Position numbers and translations under genes: made by a program | In this document: positions 1 to 11,731 of the stretch, piece by piece | How the letters are laid out: each line of letters starts with the position of its first letter | Numbering within the stretch: the stretch's first letter is position 1 | Notes under the pieces: generated by a model | Told to the model about the DNA's origin: nothing | The model's input: only the letters and a program-made list of their open reading frames with translations | The model's database searches: none | Source of the DNA: Spirochaetia bacterium | GTDB taxonomy: Bacteria; Spirochaetota; Spirochaetia; SZUA-6; Bin103 | DNA: 64,000 nucleotides | Reading direction: 5' to 3' | Assembly (NCBI GenBank): GCA_965203905.1 | Contig: CBDBDQ010000005.1 | Span: 2,080,001 to 2,144,000, forward strand

Positions 1-248
1 TCACGGGCAACCTGGGCTACGATCTGGACGCCATGGGCGGTACGTTGACGCCGAGCGCGGAGTTGACCCTCAGCCAGATCGACGGCGCGGATGCAACCGT
101 CGGGCTGACCGTCAAGGCGGTCCTGGCCAGTGCGGTTCCGGCCACCGAATTCGGCCTGCAGTGGGCGACCGATACCCTGTTCGACGTGGGTGACATGGCT
201 TCCGAGCAGGGCGCCATCTCTGCCTGGGCCAAGATCACTTACGGCTAA
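1..248 (+). CDS. 3' end of a probable outer-membrane/outer-sheath beta-barrel protein (partial, starts before window)
   Basis: Frame open from the window edge to TAA at 246-248; alternating hydrophobic pattern, ends AWAKITYG; followed by an intrinsic terminator. Msp-like identity is only a guess. Confidence 0.4.
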   Translation, partial: TGNLGYDLDAMGGTLTPSAELTLSQIDGADATVGLTVKAVLASAVPATEFGLQWATDTLFDVGDMASEQGAISAWAKITYG

Positions 249-286
249 GGCGCCAACGACAGGGTCTCGCACCCTCGCTACCAAGG

Positions 287-320
287 CGGCGCATCCCTCG
301 CGGGGTGCGCCGTTTTTTTT
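287..320 (+). terminator. Rho-independent terminator
   Basis: Stem CGGCGCATCCC (287-297) / GGGGTGCGCCG (302-312), then T8 (313-320). Confidence 0.9.
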
Positions 321-336
321 GGTGCCGAGCCGGCGC

Positions 337-365
337 TTGACCACTTGCATCTGCTTGCGTATCAT
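337..365 (+). promoter_or_regulatory. sigma70-type promoter of the trp operon
   Basis: TTGACC (337-342), 17 bp spacer, TATCAT (360-365). Confidence 0.75.
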
Positions 366-372
366 CCGTTCC

Positions 373-420
373 ATGATGTTGGCTGAAACGAGCCGCCTCT
401 GGTGGTGGGCCTCGGGGTAA
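373..420 (+). CDS. trpL: trp operon leader peptide MMLAETSRLWWWASG
   Basis: 15-aa ORF with three tandem TGG codons directly upstream of trpE and an attenuator hairpin. Confidence 0.9.
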   Translation: MMLAETSRLWWWASG

Positions 421-509
421 CCGGGAGCCGCCACGTCTACGGGCGCCACGCGCCCAAGAGCCGCGGGTTCTGGTTGCAGGGAGTGACCAGGGCCGGCGGC
501 TCTTTATTT
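421..509 (+). promoter_or_regulatory. trp transcription attenuator (terminator hairpin with alternative pairing)
   Basis: AAGAGCCGC (456-464) pairs with GCGGCTCTT (496-504); inner stem GGTTCTGGTT/GACCAGGGCC; T-rich tail. GAGCCGCC at 425-432 and 390-397 can also pair with GGCGGCTC (495-502). Confidence 0.75.
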
Positions 510-577
510 GCCGATCCGTCCGTGAGCCGCTCCCCCGGCGACCCGCCCCGGCGTACCACTCGATGACGAGGAGCACC

Positions 578-2011
578 ATGAGTACGACCACTGCCGGCGC
601 CACGGCTGGGCGCCGCCAACAGGACACGGTCCTGCGCACCATTCCGGGCGAGCGCTTCACCCCATACACGCTGGCGCGCAAGCTGGATGCCAGCGTGCTG
701 CTGGAGTCGGCATCCTTCCACCGCGGCCGGGAGCGGTACAGCATCCTCCTGCTGCAACCCGCGTTCACCGTGTCGGAGCGGCGCGGCGAGGTGATCATGA
801 CCCGCGCGGGCAGGCGCTTCCGGCTGCGCAGCAGCGGGCGCGACATCCTCGACGTGCTGCGCTACTTCGCCGATCAGCACGCGGGAGCACAGCACCCGTT
901 CCCGTTTCCGGCCGGTGGCATCGGTTACCTGTCCTACGAGTACGCCGCCCGCTTCGACAGCGTGCGCCTGGAGCCGAAGGCCGATTCGCTCGACCTGCCC
1001 GACGCCTGCTTCGTGTTCGGCCACGTGTTCGTGGTGTTCGACCACTATACCGACACCCTCACCCTGCTGGGGGTCAATTACCGTGAGCACCGCATCGACC
1101 TGGAACGCGCGCTCGACGAGACCGAGCGGCGCATCGACGACCTGGACTTCAACTTCATGGTCGCACCGCGCTCGCGGCCGGAGGCGGCGGTCGTGGGGAG
1201 CGGCGACGAGGGCTGGTACCTGGACGGCGTCGAGTTCCTGCGCGGCGAGATCATCAAGGGCAACCTGTTTCAGGCGGTGCTGTCGCGGCGGCTCGTCATC
1301 GAGACGGCGCTGCCGGCGCTGGAGGCGTATCGCAACCTGCGCTCGACCAATCCCTCTCCCTACATGTTCTACCTGGACTACGGCGAGTTCCAGCTCTTCG
1401 GCGCGTCGCCGGAGGTGCACGTCAAGGCTTCCACCGGCGGCCGCGCGCTGCTGCGCCCGATTGCCGGCACCCGGCGCCGCGGGGCCGACCATCGCGAGGA
1501 CCTGGCCCTGCAGGAGGACCTGCTGTCCGACGAGAAGGAGCTGGCCGAGCACCTGATGCTGGTGGACCTGGCGCGCAACGACCTGGGGCGGGTGTCGCAG
1601 CCGGGCAGCGTGGAGGTGACCGAGCGCAACGTGATCGAGCACTACTCCCACGTGATGCATATCGTGTCGCAGGTGGAGGGGAACCTGCGGCCGGGACTGG
1701 GCGGCATCGACGCGGTACGCGCCACCTTCCCGGCGGGTACGGTGACGGGGGCGCCGAAGATCCGGGCAATGGAGACCCTGGACGCGCTGGAGAGTGAAAC
1801 CCGCGGCTTCTACGCCGGCATCGTCGCCTACGTGGAGCCGGGCGGATCGCTGGACTCCTGCATCTCGATCCGCTCGGCGGTCAAGAAGGGGGAGCGGCTG
1901 GTGCTGCACGCCGGAGCCGGCGTGGTGTACGACTCGGTGCCGAAGCGCGAGTACGAAGAGACGCAGAACAAGCTGCGCGCCCTGGCCGTGGCAGTCGGCG
2001 TGGAACTGTAG
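578..2011 (+). CDS. trpE: anthranilate synthase component I
   Basis: LLES, NPSPYM, ASPE, PIAGT, AEHLMLVDLARNDLGRV, FPAGTVTGAPK motifs; GAGGAG RBS before ATG 578. Confidence 0.96.
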   Translation: MSTTTAGATAGRRQQDTVLRTIPGERFTPYTLARKLDASVLLESASFHRGRERYSILLLQPAFTVSERRGEVIMTRAGRRFRLRSSGRDILDVLRYFADQHAGAQHPFPFPAGGIGYLSYEYAARFDSVRLEPKADSLDLPDACFVFGHVFVVFDHYTDTLTLLGVNYREHRIDLERALDETERRIDDLDFNFMVAPRSRPEAAVVGSGDEGWYLDGVEFLRGEIIKGNLFQAVLSRRLVIETALPALEAYRNLRSTNPSPYMFYLDYGEFQLFGASPEVHVKASTGGRALLRPIAGTRRRGADHREDLALQEDLLSDEKELAEHLMLVDLARNDLGRVSQPGSVEVTERNVIEHYSHVMHIVSQVEGNLRPGLGGIDAVRATFPAGTVTGAPKIRAMETLDALESETRGFYAGIVAYVEPGGSLDSCISIRSAVKKGERLVLHAGAGVVYDSVPKREYEETQNKLRALAVAVGVEL

Positions 2012-2023
2012 GAGCGCAGCACC

Positions 2024-3736
<1,713 letters not shown>

Positions 3737-3748
3737 CGGGGGTAGCGG

Positions 3749-5224
3749 ATGGCCTACCTCGAGGAGATAGTGGCCGGGCGGCGGCGGCGGGTACGGGCCG
3801 AGGGTCCGGAACTGGGGGAGACGGTGCCGTTGCGGCGGGAGCAGCCTCTGGTGCCGCTGCTGGCGCCCGAGGCAGGCACCGCGCCGCTGCTGGTGTGCGA
3901 GATCAAGCGCCGCTCTCCGTCGCGTGGCGCGATCTCCCCCGGGCTGGATGCGGTGGAGCAGGCGCGGCGCTACGAGGCCGCGGGAGTGCGTGCGGTCTCG
4001 GTGCTCACCGAGCCGGACCACTTTGGCGGGACGCTGGCGGATCTGATTGCCGTCAAGGCGGCGTTTCCGCAGCTCAGCGTGCTGCGCAAGGACTTCCTGC
4101 TAAGCGCGAGCGATCTCGAGGTCTCCTGGCGCGCGGGAGCGGATGCGGTGTTGCTGCTGGCCGCCTGTTTGTCCGCGCGGGAGCTCGCCGCTCTGCACGC
4201 ACATGCCGTGGCGCTGGGCATGACACCCCTGGTGGAGGTGCATGACGCGGCGGATCTGGCCAAGGCGCGCGCCGTGCGACCGCCGCTGACCGGCATCAAC
4301 AGCCGCGACCTGACCACCTTCGAGGTGGATACCACGTTGCCGGCGCGGCTGCGGCCGGCGGTCGACTGGCCCACCACGCTGCTATTCGAGTCGGGCATCC
4401 ACTGCGCCGAGGACGCGGCCTTCGCCCGCGCCGCCGGTTTCGACGGCGTGCTGGTCGGAGAGGCCGTGGTGCGGCGGCCGCAGTTGGTGGCCGAGTTGCG
4501 CCAGGTGCTCGCCGCCGCACCTGCCGCGGGTGGGCGGCGCCCGTTCTGGGAGCGGGTGTTCGCGGCCCGCCACGCGCGCCGCGACGGCCAGCTCCCGCTG
4601 GTGAAGGTGTGCGGCATCACCAACCGGCAGGACGCCGAGACCGCGGTGGAGCTGGGCGCCGACCTGCTCGGGTTCATCCTGGCGCCGTCGCCGCGGCGGG
4701 CACGGCCGGAGGTGATTGCCGAGCTCGCCGACCTGCCGGTAGCCAAGGTCGGCGTGGTGGTGAACGATACCGCCACGGCGCGCCGGTTGCTGGATGAAGG
4801 GCTGCTCGACGCGGTGCAGCTGCACGGCGATGAGGGGCCCGAGGAATGCTACGGACTGGCCTTTCCCTACTATAAGGCGCTGCAGGTCAGCGCCCCGGAA
4901 GACCTCGACCGGGAGCGTGGCTACCGCTGCCCGCGGGTGCTGCTGGACGCTTTTTCCGCGGCTGTCCGTGGCGGCAGCGGGCGGCGCGTCGATGCCGGTC
5001 TGCTGCAGCGGCGTGCCGCGGCGCTGCCGGCGGCTCCGCCGTTGTGGCTGGCCGGTGGCATCGGCCCCGACAACGTGGCAGCGATCGTGGAAACGCACCG
5101 GCCCGAGCTGGTCGATGCCTCCAGCGGCCTGGAGGCCGCCCCGGGTCGCAAGGACCCCGACAAACTACGGGCGTTCTTCCGCCAACTCCCCGCGGACGGC
5201 GCCACCGTACGGAGCACCGCATGA
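3749..5224 (+). CDS. trpCF: indole-3-glycerol phosphate synthase / phosphoribosylanthranilate isomerase fusion
   Basis: EIKRRSPS, SVLTE, LRKDF, GINSRDL, ESGI followed by VKVCGIT, VQLHGDE, LAGGI, DASSGLE. Confidence 0.95.
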   Translation: MAYLEEIVAGRRRRVRAEGPELGETVPLRREQPLVPLLAPEAGTAPLLVCEIKRRSPSRGAISPGLDAVEQARRYEAAGVRAVSVLTEPDHFGGTLADLIAVKAAFPQLSVLRKDFLLSASDLEVSWRAGADAVLLLAACLSARELAALHAHAVALGMTPLVEVHDAADLAKARAVRPPLTGINSRDLTTFEVDTTLPARLRPAVDWPTTLLFESGIHCAEDAAFARAAGFDGVLVGEAVVRRPQLVAELRQVLAAAPAAGGRRPFWERVFAARHARRDGQLPLVKVCGITNRQDAETAVELGADLLGFILAPSPRRARPEVIAELADLPVAKVGVVVNDTATARRLLDEGLLDAVQLHGDEGPEECYGLAFPYYKALQVSAPEDLDRERGYRCPRVLLDAFSAAVRGGSGRRVDAGLLQRRAAALPAAPPLWLAGGIGPDNVAAIVETHRPELVDASSGLEAAPGRKDPDKLRAFFRQLPADGATVRSTA

Positions 5225-6465
5225 TGAGCTACCAGGATTACTTCGGCCAGTTCGGCGGCCGCTACGCCGCCGAGGTGTTGCGCACGCCGCTCGACGAGCT
5301 GGAGGCCGCCTACCGCGCCGCCATCGCCGATCCGGAATTCCTCGCCGAGTTGGATCGGGTGGCACGTACCTACACCGGACGTCCCACGCCGCTGATGCAT
5401 GCCGCCAACCTCAGCGCGGAGTGCGGCGGCGCCCAGATCCACGTCAAGCTGGAGGGGCTAGCCAACACCGGCGCCCACAAGATCAACCACGTGGTCGGCC
5501 AGTGCCTGCTGGCCCGGCGCATGGGCAAGCGCCGCATCATCGCCGAGACCGGAGCCGGGCAACACGGACTGGCCACGGCCGCCATGTGCGCCAAGCTGGG
5601 GCTGCCGTGCCGCGTCTACATGGGCGAGGTGGACATGCGGCGGCAGAAGCCCAACGTGTTCTGGATGGAGCTGTTCGGCGCCGAGGTGGTGCAGGTGGAC
5701 AGCGGCTCGCGCACCCTCAAGGACGCGGTCAACGAGGCGCTGCGGGACTGGGCCGGCTCGTTTGCCGACACCCACTACCTGATCGGGTCGGCGCTGGGAC
5801 CTTCGCCCTATCCCGCGATGGTGCGCGAGTTTCAGGCGGTGGTGGGCCGCGAGGTGGGAAGCCAGTGTGCGGCCGCCGGTTTCCAGCCGACGGCGCTGAT
5901 TGCCTGTGTCGGCGGCGGCTCCAACTCGCTGGGCATGTTCGCCCCGTACCTGGAGGCGGCGACCCCGGAGCTGATCGGGGTGGAAGCCGGCGGCCGCGGC
6001 CTGCAGCCGGGGGATCACGCCTCGCGCATGAGCGGCCACGGGCGTCCGGCCATCGCCCATGGCTACAAGTCCCTGTTCCTGACTACCGACGACGGCCAGA
6101 TCGCCGATACCCACTCGGTATCCGCCGGCCTCGACTACCCGGGGGTCGGCCCGCAGCTCGCCGAGCTGGGCCGCAGCGGGCGGGTGCGGTTCACCACCGC
6201 CTCCGACGCCGACGCGCTGGCGGCGGTGCAGCGGTTCGCCCGCCACGAAGGCATCGTGATGGCCCTGGAGTCGGCCCACGCCGGCGCCGTGGCACTGCAG
6301 GAGGCGCGCCGCAGGCCGGCACAGGAGCACCTGGTGGTGAACATGTCGGGGCGTGGCGACAAGGACCTGTTCATCCTGGCGCGGGAGCTGGACCGCGACC
6401 GCTGGCGTGAGTTCCTGGAGCGGGAGGCCGCTTCTCTCGCCGCCACGCCGGGGGCGCCGTCATGA
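5221..6465 (+). CDS. trpB: tryptophan synthase beta chain
   Basis: TGAHKIN, AETGAGQHG, CVGGGSN, SAGLDYPG, NMSGRGDKD; ATG overlaps the trpCF stop. Confidence 0.97.
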   Translation: MMSYQDYFGQFGGRYAAEVLRTPLDELEAAYRAAIADPEFLAELDRVARTYTGRPTPLMHAANLSAECGGAQIHVKLEGLANTGAHKINHVVGQCLLARRMGKRRIIAETGAGQHGLATAAMCAKLGLPCRVYMGEVDMRRQKPNVFWMELFGAEVVQVDSGSRTLKDAVNEALRDWAGSFADTHYLIGSALGPSPYPAMVREFQAVVGREVGSQCAAAGFQPTALIACVGGGSNSLGMFAPYLEAATPELIGVEAGGRGLQPGDHASRMSGHGRPAIAHGYKSLFLTTDDGQIADTHSVSAGLDYPGVGPQLAELGRSGRVRFTTASDADALAAVQRFARHEGIVMALESAHAGAVALQEARRRPAQEHLVVNMSGRGDKDLFILARELDRDRWREFLEREAASLAATPGAPS

Positions 6466-7208
6466 GCGCGCCGCGCATCATGGCCCACCTGGTGGCGTCG
6501 TTCCCCGATTGGGAGGCGTCGCTGGAGGCGGGCAAGGGGCTGGTGGATGGCGGCGCGGCGTTCCTGGAGGTGCAGTTTCCGTTCAGCGACCCCACCGCCG
6601 ACGGGCCCCACATCCAGGTGGCCTGCGACCTGGCGCTGCAGGCGGGCTTCACGCGCGAGCGCGGGTTTGCCCTGGTCGCGGCGCTCCGGGACTATACCGA
6701 GGTCCCGATTGCGGTGATGAGCTACGCCAATCCGATCTTCCAGAACGGCGTCGCCGGCTTCGTGCAGCGGTGCCGGGACGCCGGCGCCAACGCCGTGATC
6801 GCTCCCGACCTGCCGCCCGACTACGACGAGGGCCTGTACGCGGCCGGAGCTGAGGCCGGCATCGACGTGATTCCGGTGGTAGTGCCCACCACCCTGCCGG
6901 ACCGGCTGCGCATGATCGTCGCCGGCGCGCGCACCGAATGGGTGTACGCGGCGTTGCGCAAGGGCATCACCGGCAGCTACACCGAGATCGGGGAGGACAA
7001 TCTGGCCTTCCTGCGGGAGATACGCGCGCTCGGCGGCGAGCCGCTGGCCGGCTTCGGCATTCGCGACCGCGCCCAGGTCGATGCCCTGGCCCCGCACGTG
7101 GCCTACGTGGTGGTCGGCACCTGGTTCGTGCAGTTGCTGCGGCGCCACCCGGACGCGGCGCCACGGCCGCTGATGGCAGATGCCCTGGCTGCGCTGTTGG
7201 CTTCCTAA
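6462..7208 (+). CDS. trpA: tryptophan synthase alpha chain
   Basis: LEVQFPFSDPTADGP, MSYANP, PDLP, GITG, GFGI. Confidence 0.95.
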   Translation: MSAPRIMAHLVASFPDWEASLEAGKGLVDGGAAFLEVQFPFSDPTADGPHIQVACDLALQAGFTRERGFALVAALRDYTEVPIAVMSYANPIFQNGVAGFVQRCRDAGANAVIAPDLPPDYDEGLYAAGAEAGIDVIPVVVPTTLPDRLRMIVAGARTEWVYAALRKGITGSYTEIGEDNLAFLREIRALGGEPLAGFGIRDRAQVDALAPHVAYVVVGTWFVQLLRRHPDAAPRPLMADALAALLAS

Positions 7209-7274
7209 AAGCGCGTGCCAGTCAGTATATTGACAGTGGCGCGCCCCGCTACTACTTCCAAGGAGACACCGATA

Positions 7275-7598
7275 ATGTCAGCCGAAGTGACAATCAGCCA
7301 GGACAACTTTACCGACGAGGTGGTCCAGTCGCAGGTCCCCGTAGTGGTCGACTTCTGGGCCGAATGGTGCATGCCGTGCAAGATGATTGCCCCGGTCCTG
7401 GAGCAGATCTCGCAGGACTACGCCGGCAAGCTGAAGGTGGCCAAGGTCAACGTCGACGACAACGGCGAGATCGCGCAGAAGTTCAACATCGTCAGCATCC
7501 CCACCCTGCTGCTGTTCAAGGATGGCGAAGTGGTCGGCCAGCAGGTGGGGGCGGTCCCGCGCGAGACCATCGAAGGGATGTTCAAGGCCTACGTGTAG
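7275..7598 (+). CDS. trxA: thioredoxin
   Basis: VDFWAEWCMPCK CxxC site, SIPTL; AGGAG RBS; 107 aa. Confidence 0.95.
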   Translation: MSAEVTISQDNFTDEVVQSQVPVVVDFWAEWCMPCKMIAPVLEQISQDYAGKLKVAKVNVDDNGEIAQKFNIVSIPTLLLFKDGEVVGQQVGAVPRETIEGMFKAYV

Positions 7599-7797
7599 CT
7601 ACTTTGGCCCGCACTCGCGCCACACCGGACCACGGCGCGCCGACCTGCTCGCCCGGCTCGGCTTCACCACCATGCCGGTCGTGGGCGGCAAGGCGGTGAC
7701 CAGAGAAAAGCGGTGGAGCTTGCCCCGCAGCAAGGGGTGTGGCAACTGTTTGACGGCAGGCCGGTAGCCCCGGACGCGGCCGGCGAACGCGGATAGC

Positions 7798-7835
7798 GCT
7801 CCGAAACCGCCGCCTCGCGGCGTCGCTTTCGGAGC
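7798..7835. terminator. inverted repeat between convergent genes (probable terminator)
   Basis: GCTCCGAAA...TTTCGGAGC with inner CGCCGC/GCGGCG pairing. Confidence 0.45.
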
Positions 7836-7841
7836 CTGCAG

Positions 7842-8873
7842 CTAACCGTGAACCTCGTCGCTGTTGACGCTGCCGAAGCTCGCCTTGCGGGTGGGTACCG
7901 TGTGCCAGTCGGCGGCGCGGTCGGTGTCGGTAGCGGAGCTGTCCCGGTTCAATGAGCGCGTGGAGGTGGTGGCGGCAGAACTGATCGCGTCTTCCGGAGC
8001 GATCAGTTCGCCGGCGAACTTCCAGCCGCCCAGTTCTGCGAGACGGTCGGCGCGCAGCATGGTCGCCTTGCTGCCGAATCCGCGGTAGCGCTCATCCGAG
8101 TCCGAGGTCCGGTTGCTGTAGAGCACGCCGTCGAGGAGCGCGCCGCCGGGTGCGACGTGGACGGTCAGTACGCCGTTCTTCCCCGACAGGCCGGTGCCCT
8201 CCTGCATCCAGAAGTCCCACACTCCCGGCAGTGCCAGTGCATGGTCCGACTGATCGGGGTCGGCGTGCTCGTCCTCGCCCAGACCGTGGGCGGTGGCGTG
8301 AATTACCACGTAGTCGCCGGTGGCCACCTCGACCGCCGGCAGTACCACGTGGTCGCGGTAACTGTCGGCACTGCCGTCGTACACGGTCACGCCGCCGAGG
8401 TTGCCGTCGCGGGTGACGTACAGCTCGATCGCGTCCGGCTTTTTCTTGGATCCCTGGGTGGTGAACTCGTTGATCACCAGGCCGGGCGGCCGCGGGTTGT
8501 AACCCCAGAAACGAGCCACGAAGGTGGTGCTGTTGCCGCGCTCGTCGCGCACCGTGGTGTGCAGCGTATAGCTGCGGCCGGCAGTCAGCGGCGTCGCCAC
8601 GGTGATCACCACCTCCTCGCCCGAGCCGACCTCGGTCACCGTAAGGTCGGGCTCGACGGTCACCGCTTCCGGCGCCATCGTGACCGGCTCGTCGAAGCGC
8701 GCGATGACGGTGGTGGCGGAGGTAACCGTAATCCCGTTGAACACCGGTGGCAGGAGATCGACATCCTCCACCAGCGCATGGCCGACCGGCTCGCAGCCCA
8801 GGAAGCCCCATGCCGCCAGAGCCAGGGAGAAGACTCGCACCCCGCGTGCGGTCCGGTATGAAAGGGGTCGCAT
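7842..8873 (-). CDS. lipoprotein with Ig-like and lamin-tail-like (LTD) domains
   Basis: Lipobox-like FLGC; beta-rich N-half; VINEF...IELY motif typical of LTD domains. Confidence 0.6.
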   Translation of the reverse strand: MRPLSYRTARGVRVFSLALAAWGFLGCEPVGHALVEDVDLLPPVFNGITVTSATTVIARFDEPVTMAPEAVTVEPDLTVTEVGSGEEVVITVATPLTAGRSYTLHTTVRDERGNSTTFVARFWGYNPRPPGLVINEFTTQGSKKKPDAIELYVTRDGNLGGVTVYDGSADSYRDHVVLPAVEVATGDYVVIHATAHGLGEDEHADPDQSDHALALPGVWDFWMQEGTGLSGKNGVLTVHVAPGGALLDGVLYSNRTSDSDERYRGFGSKATMLRADRLAELGGWKFAGELIAPEDAISSAATTSTRSLNRDSSATDTDRAADWHTVPTRKASFGSVNSDEVHG

Positions 8874-8918
8874 ACCCCTGTCAACGGCGCACCGTCCGGC
8901 ACGCTTTCGGGCGCGGGA

Positions 8919-9359
8919 CTACTGCGTTTCCGAGGCGGCCGCCACCGGGTCCAGCTCGGTGATGACTCGCAGTGCCAGAACGCGGGGGCCGGCTGGGTAT
9001 TCGGCCGCGACCGGCTGTTCGTAACTGCGCACGAGTGCGCGCAGCAGCCGGAGCGCGGTCTCGTCGTCGCCCATCTTGTGGTACAGGAATGCGGTCTCGT
9101 ACTCGGCCCAGAGCAGGCGCGCCATCTGCGGTGGAGAAGGATTGTCCGCAAACCGCTCGCGGAACGCGGCATACCACCGCAGCGCGAGTCCGTAGTCGTG
9201 CTGTGCGGTTGCTTCCTGCGCCCTCTGGAAGTACTCCGCGGGGGTAAGGCCCTCCGCCCGTTCGGGCGAGGCGGTGACGCAGCCTGCGAGCACCACGGCA
9301 CCGACCAGGATCGCGGCCGCGTATGCGCGCGCCGACGCGGGAACCATGCGCTGTTTCAT
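8919..9359 (-). CDS. small TPR-like (BamD-like) lipoprotein
   Basis: GGAGGG RBS before MKQR; lipobox LAGC; helical pattern EYFQRAQEA...WAEYETAFLYHK. Confidence 0.65.
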   Translation of the reverse strand: MKQRMVPASARAYAAAILVGAVVLAGCVTASPERAEGLTPAEYFQRAQEATAQHDYGLALRWYAAFRERFADNPSPPQMARLLWAEYETAFLYHKMGDDETALRLLRALVRSYEQPVAAEYPAGPRVLALRVITELDPVAAASETQ

Positions 9360-9388
9360 CGTCCCTCCTTCCCGGGCGCCGATTGGCA

Positions 9389-11731
9389 TCAGCTTCCTGT
9401 CCCGGAGTGACCGTGCTGACTCAGGTAGGGCCGCAGGGGCTCGGTGACCATATAGTACCGGTTCGATGCGTTCCACAGGGTAAAGCCGGTGCCGCCCGCG
9501 GTGCGGTTGCCCTCCAGCTGCAGTCTCAGGTAACGGCCGTACTCCTCCTCTTCCATGCGCAGCTCGCCGCCGATGAGGAAGGCCTGGACGTAGGGGCGGA
9601 TGTAGCTCCGTCCCTGCACCAGTTGGCGCGCGCGGCGCACCCCCTTCTCGTAGATGTCGTGGGCCCGTTCCAGATAGCTGCGGTCGCTCAGAAAGTCGTT
9701 CGGGAAGTGCGACGGATAGAACATGGGACTGATGACGTCGACGTACTCCGACAGGACTTCGATGTTCTGGCCGATCCAGTTGCCGCTGCGATACCAGGAG
9801 TTGAATCCAAACAGGTCGGTGCTGATTGGCACTCGCACCTGCTCCCGGGCCATGGCCAGGAACGACTCGATGGCGTCGATCTTGGTCATTCCGGGACGCC
9901 GGTGGCGGTATCCGGCACGCTCGACCGGACCGTCGGAGGGGAAGCGAATGTAGTCGAACTGAATCTCGTCCACCCCGCGCCCCGCTACCTCGGCGGCCAC
10001 TGCAACGTTGTATTCCCAGACCTCGGCCGCGTGAGGATCGACCCAGAACTCGCGCTGCTCCGTGGCCGGCTCCGGGTCGGGGGCGGTGTCCTTGGCCGTG
10101 CCGTCGGTGTCGGCGGCACCGCCCTCCTCCGTCGCGGTGGCTCGCGCCGGCGCCACCGGGACGAGATGGCGCCAGGGAGCGTCCTGTTCCCGGTCCCAGA
10201 CCGCCAGACGATGGTCCTGCCACCGGTACAGGAACCGGTCCTTGAACACCACCAGCCGCGCTATGACGTAGATGCCCGCGGCGTGCGCCTCAGCCACCAG
10301 CTCGTCCAGCCTGATGGGCCCATGTACCGCGCCCAACTCGTGGGCCAGCGCCAGCTCCGAATCGTAGGTCAGGTAACCGCTGTCGTCCTTGAGGTCGACC
10401 ACGAACGAGTTGAGGCCGTGCTGCTGCAGGAACTCCAGGAACTCCGGCAGCCGCGCCGCCGCGCTCCACGCGCTCAGGTAGATTCCGTGGCGTTGCGCGG
10501 CGTGGGCCAGCGGGCGGCGCGTGGAAACGTGTTGTGTAATGACGACGCGCGCCGACGGGGTAGCCGCGGGCTCCGGGTCCTCCGGTGACGTCGTGACCGG
10601 CTGCTCCGGTTCCCGTGCTGGCGGTGCCACCGGGCGCTCGGGCTTCGGCGCCGGCGTGGCTGCCGACTGCACCGGCTCCGGCTCCGGCGTTGGCGTTGCG
10701 ACCGGGCGCTCGGACTCCGGACGTGGCGCAGCGGGTATACCGGGAGCCAGCTCGGAGTGGGGTCGGTCCCGTGAACCGGCGGCGTGGGCTGCGGGCAGCT
10801 CGCCCTGCTGCGGCCCGGCATCGGGCGCACCGGACGCCGCCTGCACGCTGCGCCGGTCCTGTTGCGTGCCGGCGTCCATCGCGGCCGCGCTGCGTTGCGG
10901 CGCCGGTACCGGTTCTCGCACACCTGCGGTTGTCCAGGTGCCGTCGGCGGTGAGCCACCACCGCGAGTCGCGGGTACCCGTCTCCAGGACCCACCCATCC
11001 GCCGCCGGCACGTAGGCCAGGTGCGTGGCAGTCGGCGCCGGGAGCGGGAATTGCCGCCACCAGTCCGCGTCCGCGGCGTCGCGCGGCGCGTGCCGGTCGG
11101 GATTGACGAAGACTCCGCCGTCGAAGCCCGCCAGCACGGCGATCGCGTCCGGCAAGGCCGGATCGTAGCTGAGTGCCGCCACCTCCTCGTAGTAGAGGGC
11201 GTCATGGGTGAGGAAGCGCACCGCGGAGGAGAGATGTTGCCAGTTGGCGCCGCGATCGGTGGTCTCGTATACCCCGTTGAACGAGGTGCCGAGCAGCAGG
11301 CCGTCGGCGTGATGCGGCGACGGCGCCACGCTGGTGAAGTAGGCATTGGGGCGTATCGGCGCGGCGATGGGGATCGCCTGCCACGACCCGCCGCCGTCCT
11401 CGCTCAGGTACAGGCCGCGGGCGGTGGTGGCGGCCACCCGCAATGGATTGCGCGGGTCGACCCCGAGGGCGGTGATGAAGCGGAATTCCGGCGGATGTGG
11501 GAACGGATGGACCACGCGGTAGGGCAGGCCCGCGTTGCGCGGTTCCCAGGTGCGTCCCCCGTCCAGGGACGCGAACACGCCGGCGCGGCGGGTGCGAGCG
11601 TAATCCCGGTCCCCTGCCGGCACCAACTGCTCGATATCCTGGCCCCACACGGCGGCCACGGTGCCGGCACCCAGGAGCAGTGCCCACAGCCAGCGCCGGC
11701 TCGCGGGCCATCTACGAACGGTCGGCGTCAC
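9389..11731 (-). CDS. secreted putative glycoside hydrolase (DUF4015-like) with N-terminal BNR repeats and Pro-rich linker
   Basis: Signal peptide; [24 protein letters not shown] Asp-boxes; [36 protein letters not shown]. Confidence 0.8.
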   Translation of the reverse strand: MTPTVRRWPASRRWLWALLLGAGTVAAVWGQDIEQLVPAGDRDYARTRRAGVFASLDGGRTWEPRNAGLPYRVVHPFPHPPEFRFITALGVDPRNPLRVAATTARGLYLSEDGGGSWQAIPIAAPIRPNAYFTSVAPSPHHADGLLLGTSFNGVYETTDRGANWQHLSSAVRFLTHDALYYEEVAALSYDPALPDAIAVLAGFDGGVFVNPDRHAPRDAADADWWRQFPLPAPTATHLAYVPAADGWVLETGTRDSRWWLTADGTWTTAGVREPVPAPQRSAAAMDAGTQQDRRSVQAASGAPDAGPQQGELPAAHAAGSRDRPHSELAPGIPAAPRPESERPVATPTPEPEPVQSAATPAPKPERPVAPPAREPEQPVTTSPEDPEPAATPSARVVITQHVSTRRPLAHAAQRHGIYLSAWSAAARLPEFLEFLQQHGLNSFVVDLKDDSGYLTYDSELALAHELGAVHGPIRLDELVAEAHAAGIYVIARLVVFKDRFLYRWQDHRLAVWDREQDAPWRHLVPVAPARATATEEGGAADTDGTAKDTAPDPEPATEQREFWVDPHAAEVWEYNVAVAAEVAGRGVDEIQFDYIRFPSDGPVERAGYRHRRPGMTKIDAIESFLAMAREQVRVPISTDLFGFNSWYRSGNWIGQNIEVLSEYVDVISPMFYPSHFPNDFLSDRSYLERAHDIYEKGVRRARQLVQGRSYIRPYVQAFLIGGELRMEEEEYGRYLRLQLEGNRTAGGTGFTLWNASNRYYMVTEPLRPYLSQHGHSGTGS

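Noticed and set aside
130-420. 96-aa ORF ending in WWWASG
   Set aside because: It spans a terminator and a promoter; only the last 15 codons (trpL) are credible.
7230-7258. trxA promoter (TTGACA at 7230)
   Set aside because: No convincing -10 at canonical spacing.
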